Counted from the first letter of the stretch, positions 12,531-26,353 are shown. The stretch: 64,000 nucleotides of DNA from Lama glama (GCA_028534125.1 CM052817.1:29886001-29950000), one strand, 5' to 3'. Notes: a model not told the origin generated them from the letters alone. A program made the numbers and translations.

Positions 12531-13746
12531 GTATGCTTTAGTGCAAAGGACGTTTTTTCTGGATAATAATTGTATGTACTAAATACAGTCCTACGCTGAA
12601 GTTAGTAGCTCCTTCTTGAGCTGATAGGCCCATGGGCAGATGTAAGATACTGATATAAAACTTCTGTGTTCACGAGGGGTACTGGGGAGAGTCCCCTAGG
12701 GCCTTCCTCAGGCTACAGCTGTAGAAGGCGTAGTGCTGCAGGGCTCTGACTTTATGAGAGCTTCCTGGAAGTGTCCCTCAGGTCCATTTGCAGATCCATT
12801 ATCACCAGTTGTACCTTTTAGGGCTTCTCTAGGCTAGATGAGTTGTTTATGTGTGTGATTAATGTCTCATGAGGGCCCTCCACCTGTATATGTTTGAGGA
12901 TGTGGTGGGATGCTTACGAGACATTTAACAGTTAGTGCTATGGGATCAGTAAGCCCCCCAAAGCAAGCCAAATGGGCAACATCCCAAACAGCAGGGAAAA
13001 AAAAAAAATTCTGCCTCAGCTGTCTAAATACAACTGATGTGCCTCGGCTACTTGAAACCTGGGCCTCCTACTGCCAACAGCACCGCTGACCGTGGCACAT
13101 GGGAGCAAAGTTTTCTGAGGATCATATTTAACTATGTCTTAGAATAACCAGTGTACCTCTTCTCCTACCCATCTAGGAAAAGAGAACATGGAATTATCTG
13201 TTCTACTCACATAAAAAAAAAATCATCCTGAGAACATTAGATGGCTTAGAACCTTGAAGGAAACATATTGCTCAAGGGGAATTCCTAAAATATTTAATGA
13301 AATTATTTACTGGTCTATAGTCTTATCTCCCAGCAAGAATTTCCTGTAAGAAATCTTATAGTTGTGTTGATGAAGACTGCCTTAATTCTTATTCCTGATA
13401 ATAAGCTATATGGATGTAGGAGTATCTATTTTCAAGTATTTCTACTATTTTCAGTACACAGTGCACATTGATACAAAGTGAACATAGTAAAATGTGAAGG
13501 TTCTGACCATCATCCAATCCATAATTTGAAATGTCGCTATCCAGGATTTACCATATTACTGTATTCTTTGTGGGCAAGCTGTCCCTTGGTAGCCATTTCT
13601 GGGATGAGTCACATCATAACACTGGGGTAAAGCTATGCTCTGTAACTTAAGAACCTATGAGTTATAACTAGATAGCTGGAGATTCATGCTCACAGGCAGT
13701 AGGCAAACAGATCCTCTTCTTAAAATTCCAGCAAGTTAACAATCAT

Positions 13747-14330
13747 TTAACCCCATATTAGCATAATTTCCTGTTCACGTGTAGGATACCAATTTTAAGC
13801 CTATAAACACAAGAAATGAAGAGATTCACATTCTCAGGACGTAAAAACTCAAGTTATCTAGACCTAAAGTAATGTAAATGAAGCTATTGAGTTTGTCATT
13901 TGGTGGAGCAAAAGCATCACTGTGTTCACTCTTCTTGCATTGTGTGATAGCTAAGCTCTACTTTTATGATGCAAATGATACCAGGCAAAGTGCAACTGAA
14001 ATCAATATGATTTTGCTCAGTATTCACACAACAGAAGACATCTGTACAATATTTTTTGGGATGATATTTAACAGAACTATGGAAAGTAATGACTATTCAA
14101 ATATAAATGACACTTTTGATTTCAACTAAAAAGCAGCCCTAAACACCAAAGAAGTGCTGGTAATACCAGTTCTGAAGAAAGTCTGCATCATTTAAAGCAT
14201 CGAAAGGATAAAGACACTGATTGACCTATGCAAGCTTATAAGAAGAATGACCAACTATTGCTCTATCATAAAAAACTGTCCATTTCAGGGATCCTTATAA
14301 TACTATACAAGGAACTGACAGTCGTTAAGA
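13747..14330 (+). mobile_element. Possible ancient piggyBac-like (Looper-type) DNA transposon 5' fragment
   Basis: Begins TTAA|CCC (piggyBac target site plus terminus). It contains a decayed ORF with an acidic/Asn-rich stretch (ESNDYSNINDTFDFN) reminiscent of transposase N-termini. No right TIR found; the family call is from memory only. Confidence 0.35.
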
Positions 14331-14470
14331 AAATATTTTCTTTTCTAATTGAACCACCAAGCCACTCTTATTTCTAATACATTAACTGTGTCAAGCTTCA
14401 CTGAAACTAATATCCTCCCACTAAGGATATACTAAGATTTCTCACTATGAACAAAAAATACTGCAAACCC

Positions 14471-14930
14471 TATCAGTAAACAAAGAATGCTGAAGCCATC
14501 AAGTCATCAGCTGCTGCTGCCACCCGCCAAGGTGAAGACAAGCCTGCAGCCCGGCCTCTGCAGCCACTCACAACGGTGCACCCTGAGGGGACTCAGAATA
14601 ATAAAGAACAAGATATTGGCCCTAGATAGCTAGGTGCTTGTCAAAGGAATGAATTCAATGAGCCCAAATGTTTGCTTCCTCCCATACATAGAAAAGCACT
14701 AAATTCTTTAACTTGAGATGCCTGTTTGGTTTTTTTTTTTAGATAACAAGTAATCTTTTATTGTTCCAACCACCTGGTCTTTGTTGTAAAGCTCCTGTAT
14801 ATCCTAGCTCCTCCCCTACCGCTTTGGAGCAGTCCCTCAGAGCGATCTGAGAGGCTGTCATCCCGGCTTGAGTCCTGCCAAATAAAACTTAACTCTCAAC
14901 TTTTAGGCTGTGCATTTATTTCAGTCGCCG
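14471..14930 (+). mobile_element. Solo ERV1-type LTR (cetartiodactyl family)
   Basis: LTR anatomy: TATA-like 'tgtatatcc' ~14796, AATAAA at ~14881 and a U5-like end 'ttttaggctgtgcatttatttcagtcgccg'. CpGs are retained, suggesting a relatively young copy. Confidence 0.8.
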
Positions 14931-14933
14931 TTT

Positions 14934-14968
<35 letters not shown>

Positions 14969-14971
14969 ATA
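14934..14971. repeat. (TA)n(TG)n compound microsatellite
   Basis: Direct reading. Confidence 0.95.
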
Positions 14972-16384
14972 GAAATGCAAGCAAATAAACAAAGAACAAC
15001 AACAAAACAATAGAAACAGCCACCAAATCTTTGGCTGCCCAGAACAGCAACTCTGCTACTATTTTAAGTTTATTTCATGGAATTGATAGAAAAGCATAGC
15101 TTCAGGTCTGGACCTTAAGTTCAATATTATGATCACACATGTCCTCTGTACAGAGTTTCTACTGCCACAAATGAGTAAAAGAGTTCATCACTCTGAGAAA
15201 GCATTATTCAAGACAACAGGGAGTCTCCTGAGGAGACTGCCTTTTAGAGAGGTTAAGCAGATGACCTAACTACCCCAACTCTAGTTCCCCAAATGTGTTC
15301 AACCACTGGTAGGAGCAGCCCGAAGGAGCATGTGGCCCCAGCATGAACAAGAAATCCCCAGATGCAGCCACTACAGACTGTCAGCCAACAAACTCTTTGC
15401 AATAGATTCTCTCAAAGAGAGGATTGAGCATTATACCCTCCTGGCCACCATAATTATATTTGATTTCTCATGTCAACCTATTATTTTAGTAATTTACCAA
15501 CTACTCTCTACTTTTATATTGTAAGGAAATCTTTTTACTCACTGACTTTATGGGAAAGAAGTAATTTAATATAGTTTCGTTGGTCAAACTGGACTAGTCT
15601 TTTCTCCTTTGTCATCCTCCTTTTCTTCGACACTGTATATAACATAATTTGTGCACATCACGTGACACACAAGATCCAAATAAATGATTCCTAAAATTTG
15701 TACAGTGATGAACACTGACAGAAATCATCTTCCCATGGCTTGGTTTTAAAATTTAGTTAGGAAAGATGGGAAATGAAATCTGGGAGTTGGCAGCCTATAA
15801 GGGAAAAAAATCCCTGCTTACTTTTCAGGAGCTTAAAATCTCAAATGCATCTTAAAATATCCTCCTACTTGACTGAATAGCACAAAATAGATTTCCACAG
15901 GTCTACAACTTGCTGATGCTCCTGGCTTTTTAATAGCAAGGATGTCAAAGGGAAAGCTTGAAGATTCTGGCAAGTATATTAGATAAAAGCCAGTGGATAG
16001 CTTTGCATTATAACCAAGATAGACATGCTGGAGATAAAAGGAGTTGACACATTAAAGTGCTTTGCTATTTCTAGCCCTGTAACTAATATAAAATGTTATA
16101 ATTGGGTTTGGAGTGTGAACTTACTTAAAAACCATAGCCCATCTCCTGAGCTGCCTTACATTTGTGCACTGCTGTCAGGCCAGGAGTTGCTTCTCTGTGT
16201 TCATAGAAACTTGGATTCCGTTTTGCCATTTAAAATCTAGTTGGTCTCTAAAAGTGCCTCAGTTTAGTGAGTGCAAGTGAACTCCTTATGTTGCTTTAAC
16301 TTTCTAATTCATTTACCTTTTAACCCAAAGAAATAAAAAGAAATTTATTTTATCTTTGGAGAGCACTGTGCTCAGTGGTCAAGG

Positions 16385-16992
16385 TGAGATAGGAAGGGGG
16401 CAGGACACAGCCATTCAAGGAATGCTACAGCATTGAAACATTCAACCCCCAGTAGGCCTTGAGGCTCAGGATGATGAGAGATTTACTTCCAGTAGATCTT
16501 GAGCTTCATTAAATGCTCATTGGAATATATTAACATGGTGAATAACATGCCCACAGGCACCATGGCAGTCCCAAGGCTAGCCACAAAAGGTCAAAGAGTG
16601 GAAAATGACCAACTTCCTGGGAACCCCAGCCCCTTCCCCGGGCTACTTTGACTGGTCCTTCCACTTATTAGCATATGAAGCCACCAAGCCCATAAAAACT
16701 AGCAACACAGAGCCTAAGCGGCTGTCTCTCCCTCTTTGGAGAGGGCCCACATTCTGTCTCTGGAGTGTGTACCTACTTTTAATCTGAGCACCCAACCCCC
16801 ACACCTTGTGGCCTTTCTCTTGCCTTTCAATATATCTCTCTGAACAAATCTGTCTTTACTCAACTATGGCTCGCTCTTGAATTCTTTCCTGCATGAAGCC
16901 AAGGACCCACGCTTGGCAGGGCATGTCCCAGGCGCTCAGCTGAAGCCTGGGACACAGACCTCCTTATGCCCCACATCTATTTTTCTACATCA
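16385..16992 (+). mobile_element. Full-length solo MER41-like ERV1 LTR
   Basis: TG...CA termini and a 4-bp TSD AAGG/AAGA. MER41-type motifs 'cccacaggcaccatggcagt', 'ttagcatatgaa...ccataaaaactagcaac' and 'gctcgctcttgaattctttcctgcatgaagccaaggaccc'. Confidence 0.85.
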
Positions 16993-17904
16993 AAGATAGG
17001 TGATCTTAGCACATGCTAAGGCCTGACAGAGAGCAGTTACCAGTTGGACAACTCACTCACATATCATTTGGTTTCTTCTTTATATATACAGAATGAAATA
17101 TGTTTTATTTCATGGTTTATCCATTGGTTATTGTTAGTTTGCTTGGAATTTAGCACCATTAAACCAAAAAAAAAAAAAAAAGGAGCTACTGAGATTACAG
17201 TTTGCCCCTTAAAAAAGGCAAAAAGTCAAATACTGTTGTTTCTCAAGATTATGAGAATAAATGAAATGAATGAGAATGAATTTCAGTACAGAATGAAGTC
17301 CCATAAATGTACAAAATAAATAATTTTAAATGCTAACGTTTTAAAGTGTCTGTTAGGAGCCTAGGATTTTTACACACATTATTTCAATTTCTCCTTCCTA
17401 CCTTCCTTCCTTTCTTTTTTCTTTCTTTCCTTATTGTGTATCTACATATGCTTGGAACTGGGATTATGACAACATCTCCCTTCACTCAACCTCTGACCAT
17501 TCATTAATGTTGTGGCTTAAGAAAGTCAACTTCACATATTTTATACAAATAACTGTTTTTAAAAGTAATTTCTAACTTGTACACCTAAAGCAATTGCTGC
17601 ATTTATAGCAGAGAAGCAGGAATCAAGACCTGGAATTATTTTGCATGTCCCTCTTCTATCAATTTACCTACCTATAACTCCAGGTCTCTTCCATGAAATC
17701 TTTCTAGGGCTCTGAGTATCTCTTTTTGAAAACCATTAAATTAAGATATTTATCATTATTGCATATGTATATTTGCCATTCATGTATGTTAACTAGAGAG
17801 AGTAGAATAGTGAAAAATTAACACAGTATCAATTCATGAATCAGATTAACTTTGGAAAACCAGACAGTTTAGGTTTAATGTGAAAGGAAAGATCTGTGAT
17901 CTGG

Positions 17905-18444
17905 TGCATTATTTTTCCATGGCTACAAAACAGATTTCCACAAACTTTATAATTTAAAACAACTTTTACTTATTACTGCATATTTTCATGGATTAAGAAT
18001 CTGAACATGGCTCAAAGGGATCCTCTGCTAAGGGTTCAACAGGCTGCAATTATAATGTTGTCCAGGGCTGTGGTTTCATCTGAGGTTCTGGACCTTGTTC
18101 CATGTGGTTGTTGGAAGAATTCACTTGCTCATGGTTGCAAGGCTGAGGCCCTCAGCTCCTAGAAGTCCCCTGCAATCTTGCCATGTGATGTTCTCAGTAG
18201 GCAATTCATAACTAACAACTTTCTTCTTCAAAGCCACTAGCATAGTCTCTTACTGCAGGCTGGAAAGAGGGAGTTTTATATAACATAATGAGATCAAGGG
18301 AGTGTAGTCCTATCACCATCACTTTTTCCCAGATAATGTAGCTTTGTCAGCAGGATTAAATCCCACCCCCTTTGCTGTTTTCTTTTGGCTAGAAACAAGC
18401 ATCAGAAATCATGGAAGCCACCTTAGAATTATATTTATTATACA
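17905..18444 (-). mobile_element. MaLR LTR (MLT1D/F-like)
   Basis: 'caaactttataatttaaaacaac...ggctgcaattataatgttgtccagggctgtggtttcatctgagg...tggttgttggaagaattcacttgctcatggttgcaaggctgaggccctcagctcctaga'. Confidence 0.85.
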
Positions 18445-18639
18445 TGATCTAAAACATAGATCATTGTTTGGGCTATCTACAGTGAAATCTGAGGACCAGA
18501 ACAAAAACTTACTTCCTTTATACATTTTGTCTAAGGTTTATTCTAAGATTTTTCATTTTTACTTTTATAATGCTTTCTCATTTAATAAAAAGGTCATATC
18601 TTTCCTAATCTGCCTGTTCTTATCATCCCTGTGCTAAAA

Positions 18640-18770
18640 TAAAGTCATCGTGATCCCTGTCTTTACAACTGAAGATACTGAGCTTCAGAAAGGTTAATCA
18701 CTAGCTCAAGTTCTCATAGATGGTAAGAGGTAGAGCTAGAAACTGATTCAGATTTCCTGACTTCTGTTCT
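18640..18770 (-). mobile_element. MIR fragment
   Basis: 'tttacaactgaagatactgagcttcagaaaggttaatcactagctcaagttctcatagatggtaagaggtagagctag'. Confidence 0.8.
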
Positions 18771-20162
18771 TAATTTTATATCACATATGACAAGTGTAAT
18801 GTCTCTGTAAAGGTTGTCTTAATAGGTACCTCACAAGATCTATTAAGGATTACCTTAGCATGCCCTGTATAGGATTGTACAGGTGCCCACCCATAACCTT
18901 GTGGTACCACACCACCCACAGGCAAATTGGGCTGTACGTCCACATAGACACAGAGCTGCAAAAGTATTTTAACTGATGTTTTCCGATGATAGGGATATTG
19001 TGGAGTCACTGTTATATTCTCCCCATCTCAGAAGCTTTATATAAAGATTTCTCTGGGGTAGCATATTTGAGATGCCAATCCAGATAATGATGTGCTAGAA
19101 GAATTTCTAATAAGATCTCTGTTCTTAGTATTTGTTTTCAGTATCTATTCACCAGAGCCATGATATGAATCTCAGAAAATACCACTGAGTTTCAAGTTTC
19201 CCTTAATAAAATAGACTGAGTTTTATCTTGCTGTATTCCTCATTACTGCTCTGGGTCAGCATGCCCCTGATGAGTAAGTACAAGAGTGTTGGAAAAAGCT
19301 GGTTGAAAAATAAATACATCTTTAAAATAAGATCGAGAGTGCAGCTGAATATCAAAGCTGTTAAAATGCAAAGGGGAATTCTGATGATTTGAAGATGGCC
19401 AGAGAGATAAGGAATGTCTGAAATCCTTCCTGGCCAAAAATTCTATAAGGAATATAGATGAATAAGAGGCAATGTTAGAGGAAAGCAGAATATCATTATT
19501 GTTAGCTGGGTCTGTGTTCCTGTATCACCAACCCTACCCCCATCCCAAGCAGAAGAGCTCTCTGATATGCAGAGCTTCACATTGAAGCCCAGATAGAGGA
19601 TGATGAAGCCTCATTAAGCCATAAACTCCAATCCTGAGTATCTTTTTTATGCTTTAAGTAGCCACATAGTTGAAGAGAAAAATGAGGGTCAACCAGAGTA
19701 TGGGTAGAAGGAGAAAGAGAAAGAAACTTCTTGGCCTCTGACTTTTACTTTCTGAGTGATCCTGATCTCTGGTAAGAGAGCCATGTGCTTATCATTGAAT
19801 ATTACCAATTGCATTACCTCTTTCTAAGAAGCAAAATTTGGGAGTATACGTGTGGCTTGAAGAAGAGAGGTTTTCCTTTTTCCAACATAAAAAAAATATA
19901 TTTTGTTAACACCATTATATTAAATATATCAAAATCTGCAGAACACTGGAATCAATAGAGATACTGAAATAAAAATGTGGGGGAAAGCACTAAATTATTA
20001 AATAAGTCTAGAAATGCAGAGTGAAACAACGTTAAACAAATGCAGTCACTGCAGAAATTCTATAATGCTAATGTATATTTGTGCATATCTATGTGAAATC
20101 AACTTGTTTGGCCATGAAACTTTCTATTCAAGAACGATACTAACATCTCATCATACATTCAT

Positions 20163-20570
20163 GTTAGTAGGTAGTCTGAGGAGTAGAGGCTGAGGCCCAG
20201 TTAGCATTGCAGAAGTTTCACTGGGCAGGTGATGCTTATTGGGCAGTGGGGAGGGATGTAGAAATAGCAAGATTGGACAGAGAGAGCAACAAACTGCAAA
20301 GAAGATATGTTTTCACCAAATCACAGACAGCTCTGGAACAAGTGTTGTTGTTGTTATGAGAGTCCCATGTAGAGGAAAATGGCCTTTATCTCCACGTGCT
20401 CAGGGATTGTCTGGGGACTTTCCAAGAATAGTGTGGCTGCAGCTTGAAAGCTGAGGTGATCCTGAAGGTGTTGATAGATGGAGGCTGTCAAGAAACTATT
20501 CCTTACAGCTGAATAGGAACCATTCTCTATGATAGGAGATCTGAGTGGTATCTCTCCGTGGCGGCCACAA
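20163..20570 (-). mobile_element. ERVL LTR (LTR16/LTR33-like)
   Basis: 'gcagcttgaaagctgaggtgatcctgaaggtgttgatagatggaggctgtc' and the end 'ggagatctgagtggtatctctccgtggcggccaca'. Confidence 0.7.
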
Positions 20571-20657
20571 GTGGTATTTTAAGGAAGCTAGATTAGAAAA
20601 TCCTGACAGTGACATATTCATATGAATAGTCCCAATCAATCATTTAAACAAACTTAA

Positions 20658-20702
20658 TTGTGTGTGTGTGAGAGAGAGTATATATATACATATATATATG
20701 TA
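20658..20702. repeat. (TG)n(AG)n(TA)n compound microsatellite
   Basis: Direct reading. Confidence 0.9.
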
Positions 20703-21579
20703 TTTTTTTTCTTTTTTCTATTCTTTGGGCAGCGGCAAGAGCTGCCAGAAAGAATTCCTGAGACTTGACAGGATATGGAATTTCTTCTTCTTTCATATTC
20801 TGTTCTGCAGAGTGAATATAAAGTGATGACTGGCTTTATTTTCAATGAATGACTCTCATGTTCATAACAGATCTGCAATGATCGCAAGATACTCTGTTGC
20901 TGAGCTTCTTGCTTTCATGAAAACAAGGCACTAAGAGCCCGGTTACTGGAACAGCGGGTGAACTATAAGTGAGCTAGAAGGCTGAAAGGAATCCATGAAA
21001 CCTGGGCTAGCACATATGTATCAAAAATGCCTTCTAGGAAGGGATCTTTCTGGAAATCTACTTAAACTTCTGTAGACTTTTAAGTGTGTGCCATGATTGC
21101 AAGTAAGAAATTTGTTACATTCTAGGTTTACCTCAGGACAAATACATACCACACTGATTTCTAGACTGAAGAAGATGGATGAGGGTTTTATTTAATCTTT
21201 CCCTTATTTTTTAGAGTTTTATTTGTAGTGACCTGTGAATCACTCCTGGCTTGGCCCAGGGGTCAAATGGAAATACCAACTGTAAAATACAATTATTTAA
21301 GAGAACTGGACCACATTTTATGATAGTTTTATAAGAATTTGGCTTTGATTTTTGACACAAATCACACAAACCCAGGGAAAATAATTCAAGCAGTGTTCTT
21401 TATGTTTACTACGCTTTGCACTCTGTATTTATGTGAATAGAGCACAGCCTGAGTGTCTGCTGTTATCTATAATAATATAGGTAGAAACATGATTGGTTAA
21501 GATTTAAAAAAAAAAGACTGGGACAGGAGAGATGTGATTATTTGGTGATTTTCCAAATTATCTGCAAATTCAAAAAATA

Positions 21580-21643
21580 AAACTATTAAAAAGACAGATG
21601 ATGGGCCAGATTTGGCCTACAAGTCATGCTTGCCGACTCTTGT
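21580..21643 (+). mobile_element. MER58A-like hAT-Charlie terminal fragment
   Basis: 'acagatgatgggccagatttggcctacaagtcatgcttgccgactcttg' resembles the MER58A end. Confidence 0.6.
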
Positions 21644-21814
21644 TGGAGAATAACTTTCTAGACATTTGGAAACATAGAAACCAGGCATCTGAACTTTTCT
21701 GGCTTCTAAAAGCTGACCGTGATACGTACTTATATCCTTACTCTCTCCAGAGGCTAGGGTGGCTGGGTGTTGACAATGTTTAGAGATCACTTTTCAGCTG
21801 CCAAAACAGGGTTT

Positions 21815-22110
21815 CTTTTTAAAAATTTAAGTATAGTAAATTTACAATATTGTTTTGGTTTTAGACATACAGCAAAGTGGTGCAGTTATATATATGTTTT
21901 CAGATTATTTTCCATTATAGTTTATTACAAGATAAGATACTGAATATAGTTCTCTGTGCTATAGAGTAGGTCCTTGTTGCTTATCTATTTTATGTATAGT
22001 AGTTTGTATCTGTTAATCCCATACTCTTAATCTATCCCTTTCCTCCCTGGTAACCATAAATGTGTTTTCTATGTCTGTGAGTCTGTTTCTGTTTTGTACA
22101 TAGATGCATT
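21815..22110 (-). mobile_element. Cetartiodactyl-type L1 3'UTR (L1_Art-like)
   Basis: 'cagattattttccattatagtttattacaagat...gaatatagttctctgtgctatagagtaggtccttgttgcttatctattttatgtatagtagtttgtatctgttaatccc...ggtaaccataa...ttctatgtctgtgagtctgtttctgttttgta'. Confidence 0.9.
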
Positions 22111-23440
22111 CTGATTGTAGAAAGTACAGATCAGAAGTTCCAGAGGTGGCCAATAGGGGGCATCCATTTTTTTGTTCTGTTTCATCTTTTACTGTTCTGC
22201 TCTCCACCATTCTGCTACCCAACCCAGGCAGAGAACAGGAATCCTGTTGATACTTTAGTACGTTTTCTTGTCTGATACAGCAGCTGGAAAGGAATGGCCC
22301 CTCTTAGAAGGCTGCTTCTATATAATTGAAATCACTGAGGCATAAAAATAAGTTTTGCTTTATAGTCTGTAACCTTAAAGTCTGAGAGGAACCCTGCCTT
22401 AAAATGTGCATGCATCAAATCTGGAAAATAATCATGACTCCTTAGGACCAATGGTGACTCAGGACGAATCTAGCACACCTATGTCTTCAGTATGTAAAAA
22501 TGCAGGAAGATACGTATCACTCTGTGTAAGTTCACTACATTGGTAAGCAGAATTTAGAGCTCAGTATCTACTATGGGACATTTTATCCTTTTCATACACA
22601 AGGATTTCTGGCTTTAAATCGTTGACAGCATAATGCCATTTTCTTATTGCATGATTCATCAGCTTCATTTAATTAAACCCAAGTAACATAAAGGTAGAAT
22701 TCAGCCAAGCATTTCTGTCCCTTAACCACCATTCTTCCCTTTAAGTCCCTAACCAGAAGTGAGAAGCACAGAAGATCAAACATCTCTTCGGGTTTACAGT
22801 TGCTTTTTTTTTTCCCCCTTGGAAAAAAATTCCAGGTATTTCTACATATACAGTTCACCTTACAGAAATCTAGAAGCAATTTTAAAAGATACTGTTATTT
22901 AGGATATAAAATACCCTTGTCAAAAGTGCTCAGAACAAGAAGTGATTGCTGTCACAGAACTCTGAATGCATTGATTCTGCCTGACTTTTCCTATTATTCC
23001 TTTCATTGCTGACGATAAACCACAAAACCACCACTGTCATATCTGTCTGACATGGAACTTACGTATTTCATGTGTGTTTACAAAGTGGGCACTAATTTTG
23101 TGCATGATGAAAAGAGATACTTTTATTCAGGAGTTAAGGTTTAGATTATTGTGAGTTGGTAAACTTTGTTTATTTCTGACTTACTTAAAATTATAATGAA
23201 TTTTAGTAGCTATTATATATTGAGTGACTTCTATAGGAGAGACATAGTGTTTGATATTCACCTCCAATCTTTGAATTAAATTAAAAACTAAGATTAAATT
23301 AAATTAAAAACCATATGAGAGAACACAATTCCGATTTTACAGTTCAAGAAATAAAATATTTGGCTGACCTGTGCAAAGTCATACAGCTAAGTATCAATAT
23401 CATATTTTAATCCCAGATTTGTTTTATTTCAAGTCCTTCA

Positions 23441-23454
23441 TTTGTTTTGTTTTG

Positions 23455-23485
<31 letters not shown>
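23441..23485. repeat. (TTTTG)n pentanucleotide microsatellite
   Basis: About 8 units, direct reading. Confidence 0.95.
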
Positions 23486-23767
23486 CTCTGCCATTACGTT
23501 TTTGGTTTCCAAAACATGGAGGAAAAAGGACTTCTCTCAGGTTTAACTTTTTGAATCAGCCAACCTGGATTAAAAAATAAAGCAAAATTGTGCTCATTTA
23601 TCTCATCATCTCCAAATTCTCATATTCTTCAGGCTGTGTACTAAATAATCAACCTCTAAATTGCATATTGTCTTAAAGAGGTCTCTGATTTTTGAAAACT
23701 CTCAAAAACAAGTCCTTCTTAGCAGACAAAAGTTCTGCATGTATTTGTGTGTGCTTGAGCAAATGTT

Positions 23768-23768
23768 T

Positions 23769-23801
<33 letters not shown>

Positions 23802-23828
23802 CTGTGTGTGTGTGTACATATATATATA
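23768..23828. repeat. (TA)n(TG)n(TA)n compound microsatellite
   Basis: Direct reading. Confidence 0.95.
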
Positions 23829-26142
23829 AAACCCCCTGTCAAAAGTATATACATATATATACTTTTAAAAACCCACAGATGGAGTGATGGAGTGCCTACA
23901 GAAATAAATCCAAAGTAATAAAGAAAAAAAAAAGAAATGCATATATTTAAGCTAAAAACGATTGTGTAGATCGAAAAACTGGCAGCATTGTAGAATTGCA
24001 GAAATGTGATTGTTATATATGAATATGACAAGAGAATTTAAGAATAATACTGATCACATTTATTTTTCCTTACTGTTTTGAAGCAATGTTTAATATATTC
24101 ATACTGACTTTGGAATTATGTCCCTGGCTCTGACAAACCCTCTTCCCTATACAGAGATATTATCTGAGGCCTCATTCATCACAGTGTCCCACAGGGAATC
24201 TGGAGTTGATGGAACTGTATTCTTGTGCAGCATATACGCACATTACAAGTATTTTTATATGAACAGTACAGTCCTTTTGTTTTGCCTCTGCATAGTTAAG
24301 TCTGAACTGAAAAAGCAAAAGAATGGATTTCAAATTTGCTTAACCAGTATTTTCTGACAGTTGGTTTTTAAGTATTAGAATGAATTATTTAGGGATGTTA
24401 TGAAATCCATCTCCTCTTGAGAAATCTAAGAGCCAGACATTCCTGTCCAGAATATATTTGAGAAAAATCTACCAAGAGACAAAATATTGGATTAGGGTTC
24501 TTTCTTCATTTTTGACTCAAGAGTATTTCCCCCTAACAATTAATTAGATAAATGCAGCATATCTAAATAGCTATTTTAAGATCTTGTTTCAATTTTTGTA
24601 TTCAATTTTATACATTAGCTTTGTACTCAAGGCTAGATAACAATATTGTATATTCATGCATTTCACTGCAAAGGGAGTAAGTCATCTGCAGAGCTTTCTT
24701 AAGTCTGTTTTGGAACAAGGTAGAATATAAACAAATACATTAATTAAAACTAGAGAAAAAAAAATCTTCCTTTGGTTAATTTGTTCCATTTTAACTAGTG
24801 TTAGAAATGTTTCTAAATGGAGAGCTTTGAAATAAATGAATGCAAGGCTTTGAAAGAAACTTTAAAATACATTGTATTTATCAATTTATAACTGTTTTAA
24901 ACTGTGGTTATATTGTCTGTGTTTAGTGGCATTGCAGAGTACATTAAATTTAGTGGAAATGAAGGAAATCTCAAAAGAATCTTGGAAACTTGGTTTGGTT
25001 CAAGCATTTATCACTGCTACTGGGCAAACTTTCTTTTTCTGTAACTCCTACAGGAAATTCAGTTTCTCTGACTCAATTCTTGTAATCCTCCAACTAGTAA
25101 GCAACCAGTGAAGCAAAGAAGGAAGAAAGGATGAAGTGATAAGAAGAAAATTCTTAATTTAAATCTCTTAACTTCAAAAAAGTTTGTTTTTTTAACTTAT
25201 GAGAGCTGATTTAATCTTTTCTGTTAATCATTCCAATTTGAGAAGCTAGCCAAACATAATGAATGGAAAAGAAAGCCATGAGATCTAGAGAGAGATACCC
25301 AGAGGGGATGCTGTGAACAAAAATCCCACTGTTTGGTATTCAAGACAGATTTATTGGTCATGGTGCATTATGCAAAATACAAGAGCCAAAGGAGTTTTTT
25401 CTTGGCAGACCTCTTCCTTTTGCCCACAGTGTACAACCTTGACAGTTAGGCGAGAAGGGTTAAAAAAAAAGTAAAGACTACTGAAGACAAACTCTCAAAA
25501 GGGAGAGTTGGCCCCAAATTAATATATTTATCCTATTCCTGATAAAGCACCACCTAGTGGAAAGATGGCTTATATGAGTTCTGGCTTCCATCCTCTTCAA
25601 GAAGTGGAGGGAGGTTTCTTGAGTTTCTCTGAAGGTAGGAAACCGGTCATCTCTGTTAATCCTAATGTCGACTAGGGCCATTGCTGTTTTCTTCAAGGTG
25701 TAACAGGACTTTATATTTACGGTTAAATGGTCCGATAAAGCAGTGAACAAATACGTACAACATGTAACAAAGCAAAACAAAGAGATAATAATAAAAAGGA
25801 TCCAAATATGGCTCTCCTCTGACCATTCTAATAGTTCAAGCTTCTTTCATTATGAGCCAGTACTCATAATGCTTTATGCCTTATGCTGATAGATACAGAC
25901 ATGAAAATAACAACAGCACCTACTTCTTAAGCTTTAACTCCGAACCAGGCTTTGCTTTAATGTGTGATATAAATGTGAGGGAATAAAAAAAATCCAACAG
26001 AATGTGCAGTAAGTAAAGGAGTTTTCCAAATCCCTGCTTGTTTGAATTTACCCTCCTCTACTCCACCTCCTAAGACAGACTTGATTATGTCCTTTTATTC
26101 GACCATGCAATCTCTCCTCCTAAAGCCATGGAGGGGACAAGG

Positions 26143-26343
26143 CAGGAGAGGCAAGTTGTGGTCCCTGAGTCAGATCTGGCCCAGGGCTTGTTTGTGTAAG
26201 GTGTACAGAGCTAAGAATGGTTTTTATACTGAAAGGATTATAAAAATAAAACAAAGAATCATATTAATAGTGATCCTATGTGACCCATAAATCCTAAAAT
26301 ATTTATTATCTGGCATTTCACAGAAGAAGTTTGCCAACCTCTG
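26143..26343. mobile_element. MER58-type hAT-Charlie MITE
   Basis: 'gagctaagaatggtttttata...tatgtgacccataaatcctaaaatatttattatctggcatttcacagaagaagtttgccaacctctg'. Confidence 0.85.
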
Positions 26344-26353
26344 GATAACACAT

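Noticed and set aside
13076..13096. REST/RE1-like motif 'aacagcaccgctgaccgtggc'
   Set aside because: The left half CAGCACC matches, but the critical GGACAG core has two mismatches.
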